Assembly (NCBI GenBank): GCA_937625935.1
Contig: OW569374.1
Coordinates: forward strand, 124,001 to 188,000
DNA: 64,000 bases
Reading direction: 5' to 3'
From: Tetramitus jugosus
Lineage: Eukaryota > Protista > Heterolobosea
Shown in pieces: positions 34,022 through 45,149 of this stretch. The notes beneath the pieces are model-generated. The model saw only the letters and a list, made by a program, of their open reading frames with translations. It did no database searches and was not told the DNA's origin. The translations under genes and the position numbers were made by a program. Position 1 is the first letter of the stretch. Each line of letters opens with the position of its first letter.

Positions 34022-35341
34022 TTTTTTTTTTTTTTTTTTTGTTCCATACAACCAAGTGTGCGCAAGCACACGATTGCTCATTTATTGACTTGTTTTGTGA
34101 GTGACGACCCGTAGGGCGTCGCTCACTCTTCTTCTCTTGTTGTCCCCGACGGTGCACCTACAGGTTGGAAGAATCACTCAAGTGAGTGTTTTGATTGATG
34201 CCCTTCATCAAAGAGCGTAACCTTGTAGTAGGACCGCCGATGGACACAGAGCCATCTGTTGTTGTTTTCTTGTTTTGGGCCTTGTTGCTCCTCAGATCAC
34301 CCAGTGTGATCCTAGCACTCCTCTTCTTGTTGTCATTGAGTTGTGGACTTTGAATCTCCTTTTCGGAGTCGTCGTCCACATCCACAATGACTGGTTCGTC
34401 CTCAGTCAAACCATACCTTTTGCGTGCACTGGCCAGTGCCAATGCAGCAATTTCCTTCTTCGCTCTAGCAAACACTGGAGAAGTAACATTCACTTGCTCC
34501 AGGATTTGCTGATTTTCAGCGCTGAGCTGTGCAACAGGCACTGTTGGCAGTGGTGTTGCACTCCTTTGTTCTTCTGTCTCCATCAGACCAGGAGCAGTTC
34601 TTTGTGCAACTTCTTGTTCCGGTATCGGAACCGGTTTGTTGCCCTCTTGGCCCTTTGTCTTTGCCAATTCCTTGGTGAGTTCTGTGACCTGTCGACGCAG
34701 TGCGTCAACCACCGTCAGCAGCTCCTCGTACATCTTTGTCAACCTCTTGTTGACGGCCTTGAGAGGATCATGTGGCCTCTCGACGTATCGAGTGACCGTG
34801 GCCTTTACCTTGTTCTCTCCGGTGAGCACTGCTTGTGCATAGGTTTCATCACCCATGACCACGAAAGCAGTGTCACGCTTCTTGAGCACACTGGCGACCT
34901 TTTCAGGTCCCAGTAGCTTCTTGATGTCGTCCACTGACATGTTCTTCATGCCATGGACGACCACCTTTCTTGTGCAATCAACACTGCGCTTGGGTGCAGC
35001 AGTGCTATTGCCAATCCTCCTTTGCTTGTTGAACAAATCAACAAAGTCATAGATGCGGTCACCCTTGACCGTCACCCATGCAACAAAGCGTTGCTGGCCT
35101 TTCCTTTTGATGACTTGGACTCGGTTGAGCCAGTCACCAAACTCCTCTCCAATCTTTCTTGCCAAAGATGACTGAGAGACGCCATTACCGTTGCCAGTAA
35201 TGACGACCTCTCTGTCACTTGGCCTCGTGCCTTTCCGTGCAGTGGTCCACACTGCATAACGGCTGTTGCCGTATTCCTTCACCAAATTTGTTGAATCACC
35301 AGACATGTGATTCCGTTTTTTTCTGCGTTTTTTTTTTTTTT
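34022..35341 (-). mobile_element. 1.32-kb non-autonomous ORF1-only non-LTR retroelement, 38 bp upstream of 5S rRNA
   Basis: ~A20 tail (34020-40), 17-bp TSD gccaagggcgcgaactt (34005-21; 35342-58), 3' UTR with AATAAA and hairpins, 5' A14 run. Confidence 0.9.
34158..35306 (-). CDS. Retroelement ORF1-like protein (two putative RRMs + coiled coil + basic disordered tail)
   Basis: Intact 382-aa ORF filling the element. RRM-like EVVITG..FVAWVTV and KVVVHGM..TAFVVM segments; heptad LTKMYEELLTVVDALRRQVTELTKELAK. Confidence 0.75.
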   Translation of the reverse strand: MSGDSTNLVKEYGNSRYAVWTTARKGTRPSDREVVITGNGNGVSQSSLARKIGEEFGDWLNRVQVIKRKGQQRFVAWVTVKGDRIYDFVDLFNKQRRIGNSTAAPKRSVDCTRKVVVHGMKNMSVDDIKKLLGPEKVASVLKKRDTAFVVMGDETYAQAVLTGENKVKATVTRYVERPHDPLKAVNKRLTKMYEELLTVVDALRRQVTELTKELAKTKGQEGNKPVPIPEQEVAQRTAPGLMETEEQRSATPLPTVPVAQLSAENQQILEQVNVTSPVFARAKKEIAALALASARKRYGLTEDEPVIVDVDDDSEKEIQSPQLNDNKKRSARITLGDLRSNKAQNKKTTTDGSVSIGGPTTRLRSLMKGINQNTHLSDSSNL

Positions 35342-35379
35342 GCCAAGGGCGCGAACTTCAATGATCAACATAACCAAAT

Positions 35380-35498
35380 GTCTACGTTCATACAATGGTG
35401 GAACCACCTCTTCCCATTTCGAATAGAGAAGTTAAGCACCATCTGGCTGAGTTAGTATTGAGATAGGAGACTACTCGAGAACCCTCAGTAATGTAGGC
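35380..35498 (+). rRNA. 5S: 5S rRNA gene (119 nt), copy 2
   Basis: Identical to copy 1 except gaatCgag versus gaatAgag; TTTT terminator. Confidence 0.92.
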
Positions 35499-37330
35499 TT
35501 TTGCCTTTTTTGGTTTGGACACGCGTAGAAGCTGTCACTTTCCGATGTTTATTGATGGGAGTCGGCCTCATTCTTACGTATTTTTGAAACAGAAAAGTGG
35601 AGCTGAACTTTGTGAATCAAGTTCTATTCATGTGAGTCCATCTGATCTTCTGAACCATGGTGTGAATGTTTGGGAGTAGGTTTGCCGTTCAGTGGTGGTA
35701 GGTTTTTAGAGCTTTTTGGTCTTCAATATTGTATGAATACAAAATTTGTGTGTATTCAGATATTGAAAAGTTAGATTATCCTCACAGAGGTAGTGGTCTC
35801 ATCAGATTTTCTTGAGACATCTACAAGTAGTTGTCATTTCGTCGTTCCATACCTCTGAGCCTTTTAGTTTTGTTTTGACGATGGCCGTTGTGTGATATGT
35901 TTGGGAGTTGATTTGCCTTTCAGCGGTCGTATTATCTTTGAGAGCTATTCAGCTGCTCTTGTTTGCTTGTGTTCGTTCTTTTATCTGGAAATGAATACAA
36001 ATTAAGTTGTGGTGGGGTCTGTGCTCTGAGAAGAAAAGAAATGATGAGCTCATTGAACTTCTTCGCAAGGGGAACAAAAATTGAGAATTTTTGTATGAAC
36101 ATACTTGTTGTTGGTTATTAATTGGTAGAGTGATGTGATTTCGTTTCGAAAGTGAATGGATTTCGTTGCGAAGAACCAACAACAAACCTCAATGTTACCA
36201 TTACAACGTGTTGGGGTGCGATGTTGTGACAGATGAGGACTGTGCAGAAATCTCTTTTTCCTCGATTTGAAGTAGATATGCGAATGGAGGTTTCAACCAT
36301 TCTTAGAAGTCTGGCTCCCCATGAGGAAATAAAACTCCGCTCGATCATCTACGACTGCTTGATTTACTGGACCAAAGTCGGGAAAAACAAGTTTTGAGGA
36401 ATGATGCAATCAGCTGTAATGAACCGATTAGGTATTGGATGGGGATTACTCATCTTTTTCATTTCACTTGCGATCGCTTCCATAGCTATTGCATTGGCTT
36501 GTTTCTTCAATTCCAAACGAAAGAAAGTGTAAGTACACCTCCAGGTTTGCCTTCCAAGATATTTTCTTAAATAATTAACTCATTCTCGGACATGTGTTCT
36601 TCAGTTGTTGCGGCATCTTTGGCTTTCTTCTACCTCTGATTGTCCTCTCGTTCTTCTTGCTTGCTCCTAAAGCGCCACTCACTCCGGCAACAGTTGACAT
36701 GACATTCAGCGAGAATGAGAATATGGTATGTCTCTTTTTGGAATACTAAGATATGTTTGTCCATGAATTACTTACAGATTGACCTCTCGTTTCCTCGGGA
36801 AAACAGCCAAGAGACAATCACTTCTTCTTTAGACTCTTCCTCGTCCTGATACTGTTGTTGGCGGTGTTGATCAATTTCATCATTTTTATCAAAAATGTAG
36901 TATTTGCTCCAAACCATGCCAGACCGTTGGTTGCCTTTATTAACAAGGAGGACTAACGGGAAGGCCCATTTCTTTTGTGGTTCAATCCCGCAAAAAAGGA
37001 CGAATCATCAATGTGACGGGTTGAAGCAACACTCCAGAAAAAGTTTTCGACCAAAACTCCGTTCAGACAGTGAGCCACAACGCTTCCACAAACACACATT
37101 AGCTTTTGTGACATCCTTTGCTGCTGTTGTTTGTCACTGACGATACCCAACAAAAAAAAACAAGCCCACTTCCCATCAAAGAAGAACTCAACAACGCACT
37201 CTACTCTCTCCCTATTGAGTGACTCACATCAATAACAACAGCGCCACGACCAACACAAACAACAGCCGGTAGTCACTCCTTCCTATACCATTGCAAACAA
37301 TACCACCATCACCACCAAGAGCTGTTTACA

Positions 37331-39970
37331 ATGGACAAACTGAAGCGCTTTTTCGGCGGTTATAAGAAGGATAATCAACAACAAACAGCACCATCGCGAC
37401 CCAAGGAAGAAAAATCACTGCGTCCATTCAACAGCTTACCCAATTTGCGTATCAATTTGGATGATGTCATGGAACAAATAGTTCAAGAGCCAGAAAAGTT
37501 TATCACCACCATCCAAACACCACACGGCAGTCATGAAGGTGATGTGGCCTTGTGTGCTGTAGCCGAGAATAATGTACAAACCAATGACACATCTCTGTGT
37601 TACACTCCCATGGAGGACATTGAACTTGTAAATACACCTGTAGAAGATCCGCATTCCGTATCTGTTTTGACGAACAGGTCTAGGAGAGACAGCACGAAGA
37701 AGAGGAGTTATTCCTTCAATGGAAAATTGGGTTCTCGCTTCAAGACGTTAATGCGCGATTCAGAAGATGGAGGGATGTCTCGGTCCATGGCAACACTACA
37801 AGTTGTGCAAGCTTCAGATTATCAGTTCAATTTTCATTTAATTCTGCAGAATAGAGAGACATGTCACGAGTTTCAAACGTATTTGAAGCGTACAGGGTGT
37901 TCAGAAGGTCTAGAATTCATGGCTGCGTGCGATGACCTGGCGAAAAGAGTGACGCATCTCAATGTCAGAAATCAAATGAAACATGCGTCTCATAATGTAG
38001 TGGATGGTAGTGAAGACTACAGTAACTCATCGAGAAAGAGTGTGGAGTCAATGCGCATGTCATTCTCTGATTCGTCCGCCACTACTCCAGAAGAAGATTT
38101 GAAACAATTATACACTATAGCAACTGAGATTTATAACACGTATATTGAGCCCAAGAGCTTCAAGGAAGTGAATATTAGCGGTGAGATTCGAAATTGGATC
38201 TACCTCGAAATGCAACAACTTCAGTTGTTTTTCCAGCATGAGGAAACACAAGAAGCTTTAGCAAAGCAGAACGCTAACATAAATACGCCACGGTCGATTG
38301 CTATGAGAAGACCACACTTTATGCCTCTTGTGGTCACAACTGCGAACACGGCAACTCAAGAGATACCAGAAGTAGATTTGGAAACATTTAGAGGATTATT
38401 TAAAATGGCATACAACTCTGTTAGAGTTAATCTCGAATCTGATTCGTTCCAGAGATTTGTGCGGTCTGATGCTTGGAACACATATTTTAGCAAAAATTTA
38501 ATTCGTTTGTTCTCAATGAATAAGGGTATGGCTGTGCATAAGAGTAAGATCCAAATCAGGCAACTCAATAGGACCGACTTTGTCCGTGAATTTATAACAG
38601 AGAGGGATCTGGAATTTGTATCATCGCTCATGAGCTCATCACAGTTTTGGACGGTTGTTTATGAAAAATCATCATTGAATGAATTGAAAGTATCTCACAG
38701 TGGTAATGAAACTATACTTGACCGGAAAGCAGAGGAAATATACGGGAAAATGCCTGTAATTAAACAAGAGGCCGTATATAAATGCTCATACCATGAGTTG
38801 ATCAAATTGATAACCAGCCAGGAGTATGGTATTATGATTGGATTCCTTGGAACTGATATCACAAACTGTGTAAGTGGCAAGCGGCCCATTGGGTATTCCA
38901 AGATCGAATATAAGAGATCACATGAGAGACAAGAGCTGATTAAACAACTGTCGACCACACCTCGGGGTAATTTAACACCAATAGGTGTTTTGATAACACC
39001 GAGAAGTGGGGCAGCAACACCTCGTAGTCCTATCACACCATCTCCAAGGACACCAAGTCAGCCATCATCAGACGGAATGAAAACGACCTCTTGGAATATT
39101 GTACTAGATCAATCGGGTGATAGAGTGTTCAATAGTGCCTCATTCATATGTGAAGTACCTTCCAATAATTTGTTGGAAAAGAAAAAACAATTAACGTTTT
39201 GCTCTTCGACGATATACGATCCAGAAAGGAAGTGCTATTACCACATTCTGAAGCCTATACCAATACTCGACACTGATAGAAATTCCAAATGCACCATGGT
39301 TCATGCTTTCATATGTACAATTGTACAGCAGATTGAGGAAAATGTGTGCAGATTCATCCAGTTTGTAAGTAGCAATGGTAGGGCTGCTACTTCATACACT
39401 AGGCAGACCAGTGAGTCAAATGCAACTGCCGATGATAATATCGATGAAGCAGAAGATGAGGATGAGCGAGTACATGTGGAGAAGGTTGCCTCTAAGGTGA
39501 AGCATGGAGCCAAGAAACAATGCTACATGCTACTCAGCGCTCTGTCTGATTGGGAACGTAGACCTAAGCTGACTGACTTGTGCTTTGCCAATCAAACATT
39601 AAGAGACAACTCGAGAGAGGAGGAAGAAGAAAAGATTAGAAAACAGAAGCAAAGAGAAGATCAAAGAAAGCTAAGTACAGTGTTCTTCCAATCATTGAGG
39701 CGAAAGATATCGATTAGCGAAGCAGATAGCTCGTACAAGCCCAGTCCAAGTCTCGTCGAATCCCCCACACCAACAAACTACCACAGCAGTCAAGTGCTAG
39801 AGTCAAAGGAAACAACGCCCAAGGGTCTCTCATTAGCTCACACCCACTTCTTCCAAGCACTCGTCAACAAAAACAGACAGTCCCAGAAACTGAACTCCCC
39901 TCTTTCATCCGTGACCACTCCCCCAGAAACTGTCTTTGGGAAAGATCAACCAATAAATTTCGGCGCTTGA
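37331..39970 (+). CDS. RGS domain protein with C-terminal START-like region
   Basis: FQTYLKRTGCSEGLEF, IYNTYIEPKSFKEVNIS and DSFQRFVRS RGS motifs. The START-like call is a fold-level guess. Confidence 0.7.
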   Translation: MDKLKRFFGGYKKDNQQQTAPSRPKEEKSLRPFNSLPNLRINLDDVMEQIVQEPEKFITTIQTPHGSHEGDVALCAVAENNVQTNDTSLCYTPMEDIELVNTPVEDPHSVSVLTNRSRRDSTKKRSYSFNGKLGSRFKTLMRDSEDGGMSRSMATLQVVQASDYQFNFHLILQNRETCHEFQTYLKRTGCSEGLEFMAACDDLAKRVTHLNVRNQMKHASHNVVDGSEDYSNSSRKSVESMRMSFSDSSATTPEEDLKQLYTIATEIYNTYIEPKSFKEVNISGEIRNWIYLEMQQLQLFFQHEETQEALAKQNANINTPRSIAMRRPHFMPLVVTTANTATQEIPEVDLETFRGLFKMAYNSVRVNLESDSFQRFVRSDAWNTYFSKNLIRLFSMNKGMAVHKSKIQIRQLNRTDFVREFITERDLEFVSSLMSSSQFWTVVYEKSSLNELKVSHSGNETILDRKAEEIYGKMPVIKQEAVYKCSYHELIKLITSQEYGIMIGFLGTDITNCVSGKRPIGYSKIEYKRSHERQELIKQLSTTPRGNLTPIGVLITPRSGAATPRSPITPSPRTPSQPSSDGMKTTSWNIVLDQSGDRVFNSASFICEVPSNNLLEKKKQLTFCSSTIYDPERKCYYHILKPIPILDTDRNSKCTMVHAFICTIVQQIEENVCRFIQFVSSNGRAATSYTRQTSESNATADDNIDEAEDEDERVHVEKVASKVKHGAKKQCYMLLSALSDWERRPKLTDLCFANQTLRDNSREEEEEKIRKQKQREDQRKLSTVFFQSLRRKISISEADSSYKPSPSLVESPTPTNYHSSQVLESKETTPKGLSLAHTHFFQALVNKNRQSQKLNSPLSSVTTPPETVFGKDQPINFGA

Positions 39971-39997
39971 GATCAGAAGAGAACATCAAAAAACGAA

Positions 39998-41062
39998 ATG
40001 ACATCAATTGATTTTATGGCCCTGCTGAAAGCAGAGAAAAGCAACAAGAGCAACCAACAACAAGCATCGCATCATCATGGTAGTGCACATCATTTATTTT
40101 CTGAATCATTGAACAGTCCAATGTCGTCTCTGCGAGCATACAGTCTGAGCGATCCTCCAAATGATGACCCTCGGAACTTCCTTTACTATATTCCAAATTT
40201 CATTACCGAATCAGAGGAACAAGCACTCATGAAGCAAATTTATGATGAGACAGGACCGGATCATGATCCGCCACCTGTTGTCAAAAAGACGCCTGCTTGG
40301 ATGAAAAATTTAACCACGACAGCGAACGCGAATAAACTTATGAGCACAACTGCGAATACAAGTGTAAAAAATGATCGTTGGATATCGTTGTCAAACAGAA
40401 GATTGAAGAATCTGGGTGGTGTTCCTCATTCGAATGGATTGATTCAGGTACCATTGCCGTCCTATGTACAAGAACTGAAACAATTGTTAAGCACACGGCA
40501 GTTGAATGTTGATCAGTTGTTAAATGCCAACAGTTTAGAACGAGCTGAAGATGAAGAGAAGCAACAACAGGAATCACTTTGGGAGTACAATCAAGTGCTG
40601 TTAAATGAGTACAGTAATGGAAAGGGCATTGGATATCATTCTGATGGTCCTCTGTATCACCCACTCGCACTGGTATTGAGTCTGGAGAGTGGTGCCATGA
40701 TTCATTTTGTGGAAACTGTGCGGAATGATAGCGAGACAAAAGAACGTTTGGTTCACTCAGTGTACCTGGAACCTAGGAGTTTGCTCATATTTGGTGGCCC
40801 ATACTATTACACAGAGCTAAAGCATGGGATAAAAGATGGAATGCAGGATGAAATTACAGATCAATGCCTGAATCGTGAAGCAATCGGCAAATCTGTTGGA
40901 GAGCAAGTGGAGCGAGGTTCCAAGCGTCTCTCACTCACCATACGAAGCTGTGCCCAGATTGAGAAGAAACTTGAAGAGAGAACGTATTCTGCCACCGAAA
41001 CGAACGAAATTAATCGGCGAGCAAATTGGTGGTATAACTCAATTAACGAAAAAGAGCAATGA
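39998..41062 (+). CDS. ALKBH6: AlkB-family 2OG-Fe(II) dioxygenase, ALKBH6-like
   Basis: YYIPNFITESEE, LSNRRLKNLGG, NQVLLNEY..GKGIGYHSDGPLY, LEPRSLL, RLSLTIR. Confidence 0.85.
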   Translation: MTSIDFMALLKAEKSNKSNQQQASHHHGSAHHLFSESLNSPMSSLRAYSLSDPPNDDPRNFLYYIPNFITESEEQALMKQIYDETGPDHDPPPVVKKTPAWMKNLTTTANANKLMSTTANTSVKNDRWISLSNRRLKNLGGVPHSNGLIQVPLPSYVQELKQLLSTRQLNVDQLLNANSLERAEDEEKQQQESLWEYNQVLLNEYSNGKGIGYHSDGPLYHPLALVLSLESGAMIHFVETVRNDSETKERLVHSVYLEPRSLLIFGGPYYYTELKHGIKDGMQDEITDQCLNREAIGKSVGEQVERGSKRLSLTIRSCAQIEKKLEERTYSATETNEINRRANWWYNSINEKEQ

Positions 41063-41269
41063 AATCTCAAAGGAAATATAAATATCAAGGTTGACGACAG
41101 GTTCAGTTCATCAAAAGTGAAACAACACGTCAAACACCAAAAAGTCCTAATGGGCAAGAATGAATGGCCCGGGCTAACGATTTTCCGTCGGAGTTCCCTA
41201 ATTCCCCAACACCGACAACAACAAAAAAAAACAAAAGGACAACAACAAACAACGAACGACGGAAACAGA

Positions 41270-42316
41270 ATGGGTAACTTATTTGCATCACTCCTATCAC
41301 GAATCAAAAAACGAGACACTCGTGTTCTATTGCTCGGATTAGACCATGCCGGAAAAACAACGGGTAAATGATCAAACTGCGTTTTTTATGTTGTTTTGTG
41401 TGTATTGCTGTTCATCATCATCATCATCATCAGACAAAAAAGTTGATATTGACTCTATATCATACATATCACGCACTAGTTCTGACTCAAATGGGACTCA
41501 AGGACATGTACACCAAACAACAGCGAACAAAAGATGAACAAGATGGATTAGAAGAAGCTGATGTGAATAATATTGTACCAACTGTTGGATTCAACGTCAA
41601 GGAAGTTGTTTTTGGAAAACTGCAGTTTGTGTTGTGGGATTTGGGTGGTCAAGTCAATGTATGTCATTTCATGATTTTGCCATTTTGCTATTTTGTTATT
41701 TTGATAAGCTTGTTTGTTGTATTGAACAACCATATTTAACTCATTCATCAAATTTATTTGCTTGATTGATTGTTGATCTTGATGGATTTGTTGTTGTTGT
41801 TGTTATGATGATGTGATGTGATGATGATGTGATTTTGGATGGTGTTAGATTCGTCAAATGTGGAAACATTATTACAAGGGAACAGATGGTATTATTTATG
41901 TGATTGATTCGAGTGATACAACGAGAATACAGGAGAATAAGAAGGAAATTGAAAATTTGTTGACTCAAGAGGAGCTCAAGAATTGTTGTTTGTTGATTAT
42001 TGCAAACAAGATGGATAAACGTATGGATGGATTATTGTCGATTGTTTTTTTATTAGAATAGTTGGGGTGAGAGAACAAAGTCATTGTAACAACTCTTTGT
42101 ATTTTTGTGTTTTTGTGTGTTTATTGTTGTATCTGTGCAGCAAATGCCATGTCATCGACAGAGCTGATTGCAAAGCTTGAATTGGAGGACAATATTGGAA
42201 AGAGTCGGCCGTGGTTCGTTCAGAGCACTTGTGCTCTCTCTGGTGAAGGTTTAACGCGCGCACTGGAATGGTTTGTTGAAAAGATACAGCAACAGCAGCA
42301 GCAGCAGCAACAGTAA
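41270..42316 (+). CDS. ARF/ARL small GTPase; introns 41364-41479, 41659-41848, 42021-42140
   Basis: MG N-terminus, GLDHAGKTT, PTVGFNV, WDLGGQ, ANKMD and TCA motifs joined by GT-AG introns. Confidence 0.9.
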
Positions 42317-42686
42317 CACTCTTAAAGGCAGCAAATGGAGTTGTGTGAGATGAATTGACCTCTTGCACGATTCGCTCCCTTTTTTTGTCTTGTAATTTAT
42401 TTTCCCTATGAAGCTTGCCATGATACTTCTCAGCAGTTTGTTCTTGCTACGCAAGCAAGGATATCAATCAACAACAACAACGTCGAACAACAACCATAAC
42501 AGCAGCAAATGTCTCTGGAAATTGTAAATTTGTTGTAGATGGCAGATGAGCAAAACAACCACCCCAAACCAAAATAAATGTTGATCACTGAAATGCATGC
42601 TTGCTTCAAGCGGCCAATTAGCGCACCAAAATGTGTGTTTTCTTCACAAGTTTTTTATCTCAAGAAAAAAGCAACAACAAAGAACA

Positions 42687-43946
42687 ATGAACTTTAGAGG
42701 CGTGTCCATTGATCAAGATTCTCGATTCTCCAGGAAAGACACCAAACTGCGCAACAGCATTCCCTGTCCCTCCATTTTCTCCCAATCGGTCAATCTCAAG
42801 CACGTGAACATGAATGCAATGAGACCGTGGATCAAATCTCGTTTGACAGAGTTGGCCGGATACGAAGACGAAATTCTTACAAATTATGCAATTGAAATGT
42901 TGGAGACTGCGATTCAATCCAATGAAAGCAATAGTGATGTCGATCCAAGAGAAATGCAAGTCAATTTAACTGCATTGACCTATCAAGAAAAGGCGTTTCA
43001 GTTCATGGAGGAATTGTGGACTCATTTGGTGTCGGCTACGAATACGCCCAGTGGAATACCAGAGGAATTTTTGGCTCGTGAGAGAGAAAAGGTCATGGAA
43101 GCACGGAGGCAACAAGAACAGATTAGAAGTCAGATTGAACGAAGAAGTACGAGCTCGAGAAAACCAGTGATACGTGATAGTTCGAGCCGAGGTGCTGCGA
43201 ACGAGGATGCTCGCTATTCGCAGCAGAGGAGAAGAAGAGATGTTGTTGTGAAGCGAGAAGAGCAGGAGGAAGCAGGAGAGCAGGTAGCGGCGACAGAGCC
43301 AGCACGAATTGGTCAAAACACATTGATGAAAGATGAACGCAACAGACAATACAGAGATGATCATGATTATCGATCAAACAAGCGATATCGAAGTGAGAGT
43401 AGTGGTGGTGGTAGTAATTATCAATCCAGAAGAAGCAACGAGCGAGCTGTGAGTGATGACTCATCGGATGATGACGAAACTAAGAATAATAGTGATTCTG
43501 ATGGATACATTAGGAGAAGACGAGACAGAAAGGATGAAAATGAGAGACGTGATCGGCATGCAACTGAAAGTAGTCGAAGTAGCTCTCGATACAGTCATGG
43601 CGATAGTAGTAGTCGTAGAGATCGCAGTAATAGAGATAGGAGAGAGGATTACGAATATAGAAATCAGCGATATTCGAACAGTGATAGAGAAAGGCACAGA
43701 TATGACAGGAGAGACGATAATAGGAGAGGTGAATATGATAGTTACGACTATAGGAGCAGACGAGGAGTAGATGATAGAGCGGAACATGCAAGATATCAAG
43801 TACCATCTCAGCGTGAGACAAAGCCCAGAAAATCACCTCTTGATGCACCACCAAGCGCGAGTCCGTCTTCTTCGACGAACACATTGTCAGCAGCGGAAAT
43901 TGCTGAGAAACTGAGAGCAAGGATCAAGACCGAACAAGTGCAATAA
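42687..43946 (+). CDS. PWI-domain RS/RD-rich splicing factor, SRRM1-like
   Basis: FRGVSIDQDSRF, VNMNAMRPWIKSRLTEL, DPREMQVNLT, FMEELW, SGIP. Confidence 0.85.
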   Translation: MNFRGVSIDQDSRFSRKDTKLRNSIPCPSIFSQSVNLKHVNMNAMRPWIKSRLTELAGYEDEILTNYAIEMLETAIQSNESNSDVDPREMQVNLTALTYQEKAFQFMEELWTHLVSATNTPSGIPEEFLAREREKVMEARRQQEQIRSQIERRSTSSRKPVIRDSSSRGAANEDARYSQQRRRRDVVVKREEQEEAGEQVAATEPARIGQNTLMKDERNRQYRDDHDYRSNKRYRSESSGGGSNYQSRRSNERAVSDDSSDDDETKNNSDSDGYIRRRRDRKDENERRDRHATESSRSSSRYSHGDSSSRRDRSNRDRREDYEYRNQRYSNSDRERHRYDRRDDNRRGEYDSYDYRSRRGVDDRAEHARYQVPSQRETKPRKSPLDAPPSASPSSSTNTLSAAEIAEKLRARIKTEQVQ

Positions 43947-43991
43947 TCTGTGAATACAATGCCTCTCAAATTGAACCCTTACGTCTATTAT

Positions 43992-44993
43992 TTATTCTTT
44001 GTGTTTGTAGATAAATTCACCAGTTTCATAATCGAAGAATCGATTGGTTCTCGAGTGGTAAGTGGCAAATCGATACAGGATTGAGATTGGAGTTAGGAAC
44101 GCTATTCTCGATCCACTACCCTTAATATTTCGTATCCTGTCATAAATGTAGGAAGCCACAGTCGAAGGTTCCTCAGCCAAAATATTGAACAGGCGTTTGG
44201 AGCGCAATGGAGTGCCCTTCTTGACCAATAGATCAGTGATCACCATTCCGGGAGATAATCGATGGATACCAATTCGATCATTGGCTAACTCTTTTTGCAC
44301 TGACAGAGTAAACTGTGAGACAGCTGCTTTGGTGCAACCATAGACTGACATGTTGGCTGTTGCACCGCCTCTCGATCCAGCTCCTTCCATATTGAATACG
44401 TGACCTCCCTTCTTTTGACTTAACATCAATTTTATCGCAGCTCTCGTGCAAATAATGGAACCAAACATGTTTACACTGACAATACGATCAATTTGCTCCA
44501 CATCTAGCTCGTGCAAGGGTTTGTTCACCACTGTGGACACACCAGCATTGTTGATCCAGACATGGATGAGCCCATCAGGTCCAATCGTCTTCTGAATATA
44601 TGAAACAAATTGATTCATACTGGCTTCACTCGAAACATCACACACGACACCATGAATGCATGGTTCATCGTCTTCCTGCGATGTTTTACCCAGGTAAAGC
44701 TTATTGTTTTTCACTTGTTGTTGAATGGTTGACACAGCCTTCTGGAGTCTTTGTTCATTGGTTGCACAAATGATAACACTGTGACCGTTTAGACAAAATT
44801 GCTTGGCCAAGGCATAACCAATTCCTCTGGAGCCACCAGTAATCACAACATTTAGCTTTTTCACCTTGGTCAAGTTCATTCCGCCAGATGGTGGCGCCAA
44901 AATTCGCATGAAAAAGATCGCCGTAGCCAGCACAATCACGCCAACGGCGACAAAAACTGGGTGAGAAGAAAGAAGCCAAATGATGTTCAACAT
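43992..44993 (-). CDS. Short-chain dehydrogenase/reductase, NYC1/NOL (chlorophyll b reductase)-like
   Basis: TGGSRGIG, WINNAG, GHVFNMEGAGS, YGCTK, LSPGMVITDLL, FNILAEEP. Confidence 0.75.
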   Translation of the reverse strand: MLNIIWLLSSHPVFVAVGVIVLATAIFFMRILAPPSGGMNLTKVKKLNVVITGGSRGIGYALAKQFCLNGHSVIICATNEQRLQKAVSTIQQQVKNNKLYLGKTSQEDDEPCIHGVVCDVSSEASMNQFVSYIQKTIGPDGLIHVWINNAGVSTVVNKPLHELDVEQIDRIVSVNMFGSIICTRAAIKLMLSQKKGGHVFNMEGAGSRGGATANMSVYGCTKAAVSQFTLSVQKELANDRIGIHRLSPGMVITDLLVKKGTPLRSKRLFNILAEEPSTVASYIYDRIRNIKGSGSRIAFLTPISILYRFATYHSRTNRFFDYETGEFIYKHKE

Positions 44994-45149
44994 GTTTTTG
45001 TGATCAAATTTTAAGGTTGTTCTGCGATACCTGCACAGTACGTACGATACGGCCGTATTTCTTGCTTTTGGTTTTGAGCTGCTCCGTAGGAGAATTTATT
45101 TCTCTGAGATGGAAATTAAAATAGAATCTTCAGGAGCCAAAAACAAGAC

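Noticed and set aside
27748-35498. 5S copies as 5S-derived SINEs or LTR-like direct repeats bounding one large element
   Set aside because: Both are full-length with their own TTTT terminators and lie outside the TSDs; ordinary host genes lie between them.
35500-36920. Possible small intron-containing minus-strand gene (gtaagt donor near 36775)
   Set aside because: The reconstructed peptide is short, hits a stop and has no recognisable domain.
36925-36990. U5 snRNA (gcctttatt loop)
   Set aside because: The loop differs from the invariant GCCUUUUAY, and the stem and Sm site are unconvincing.
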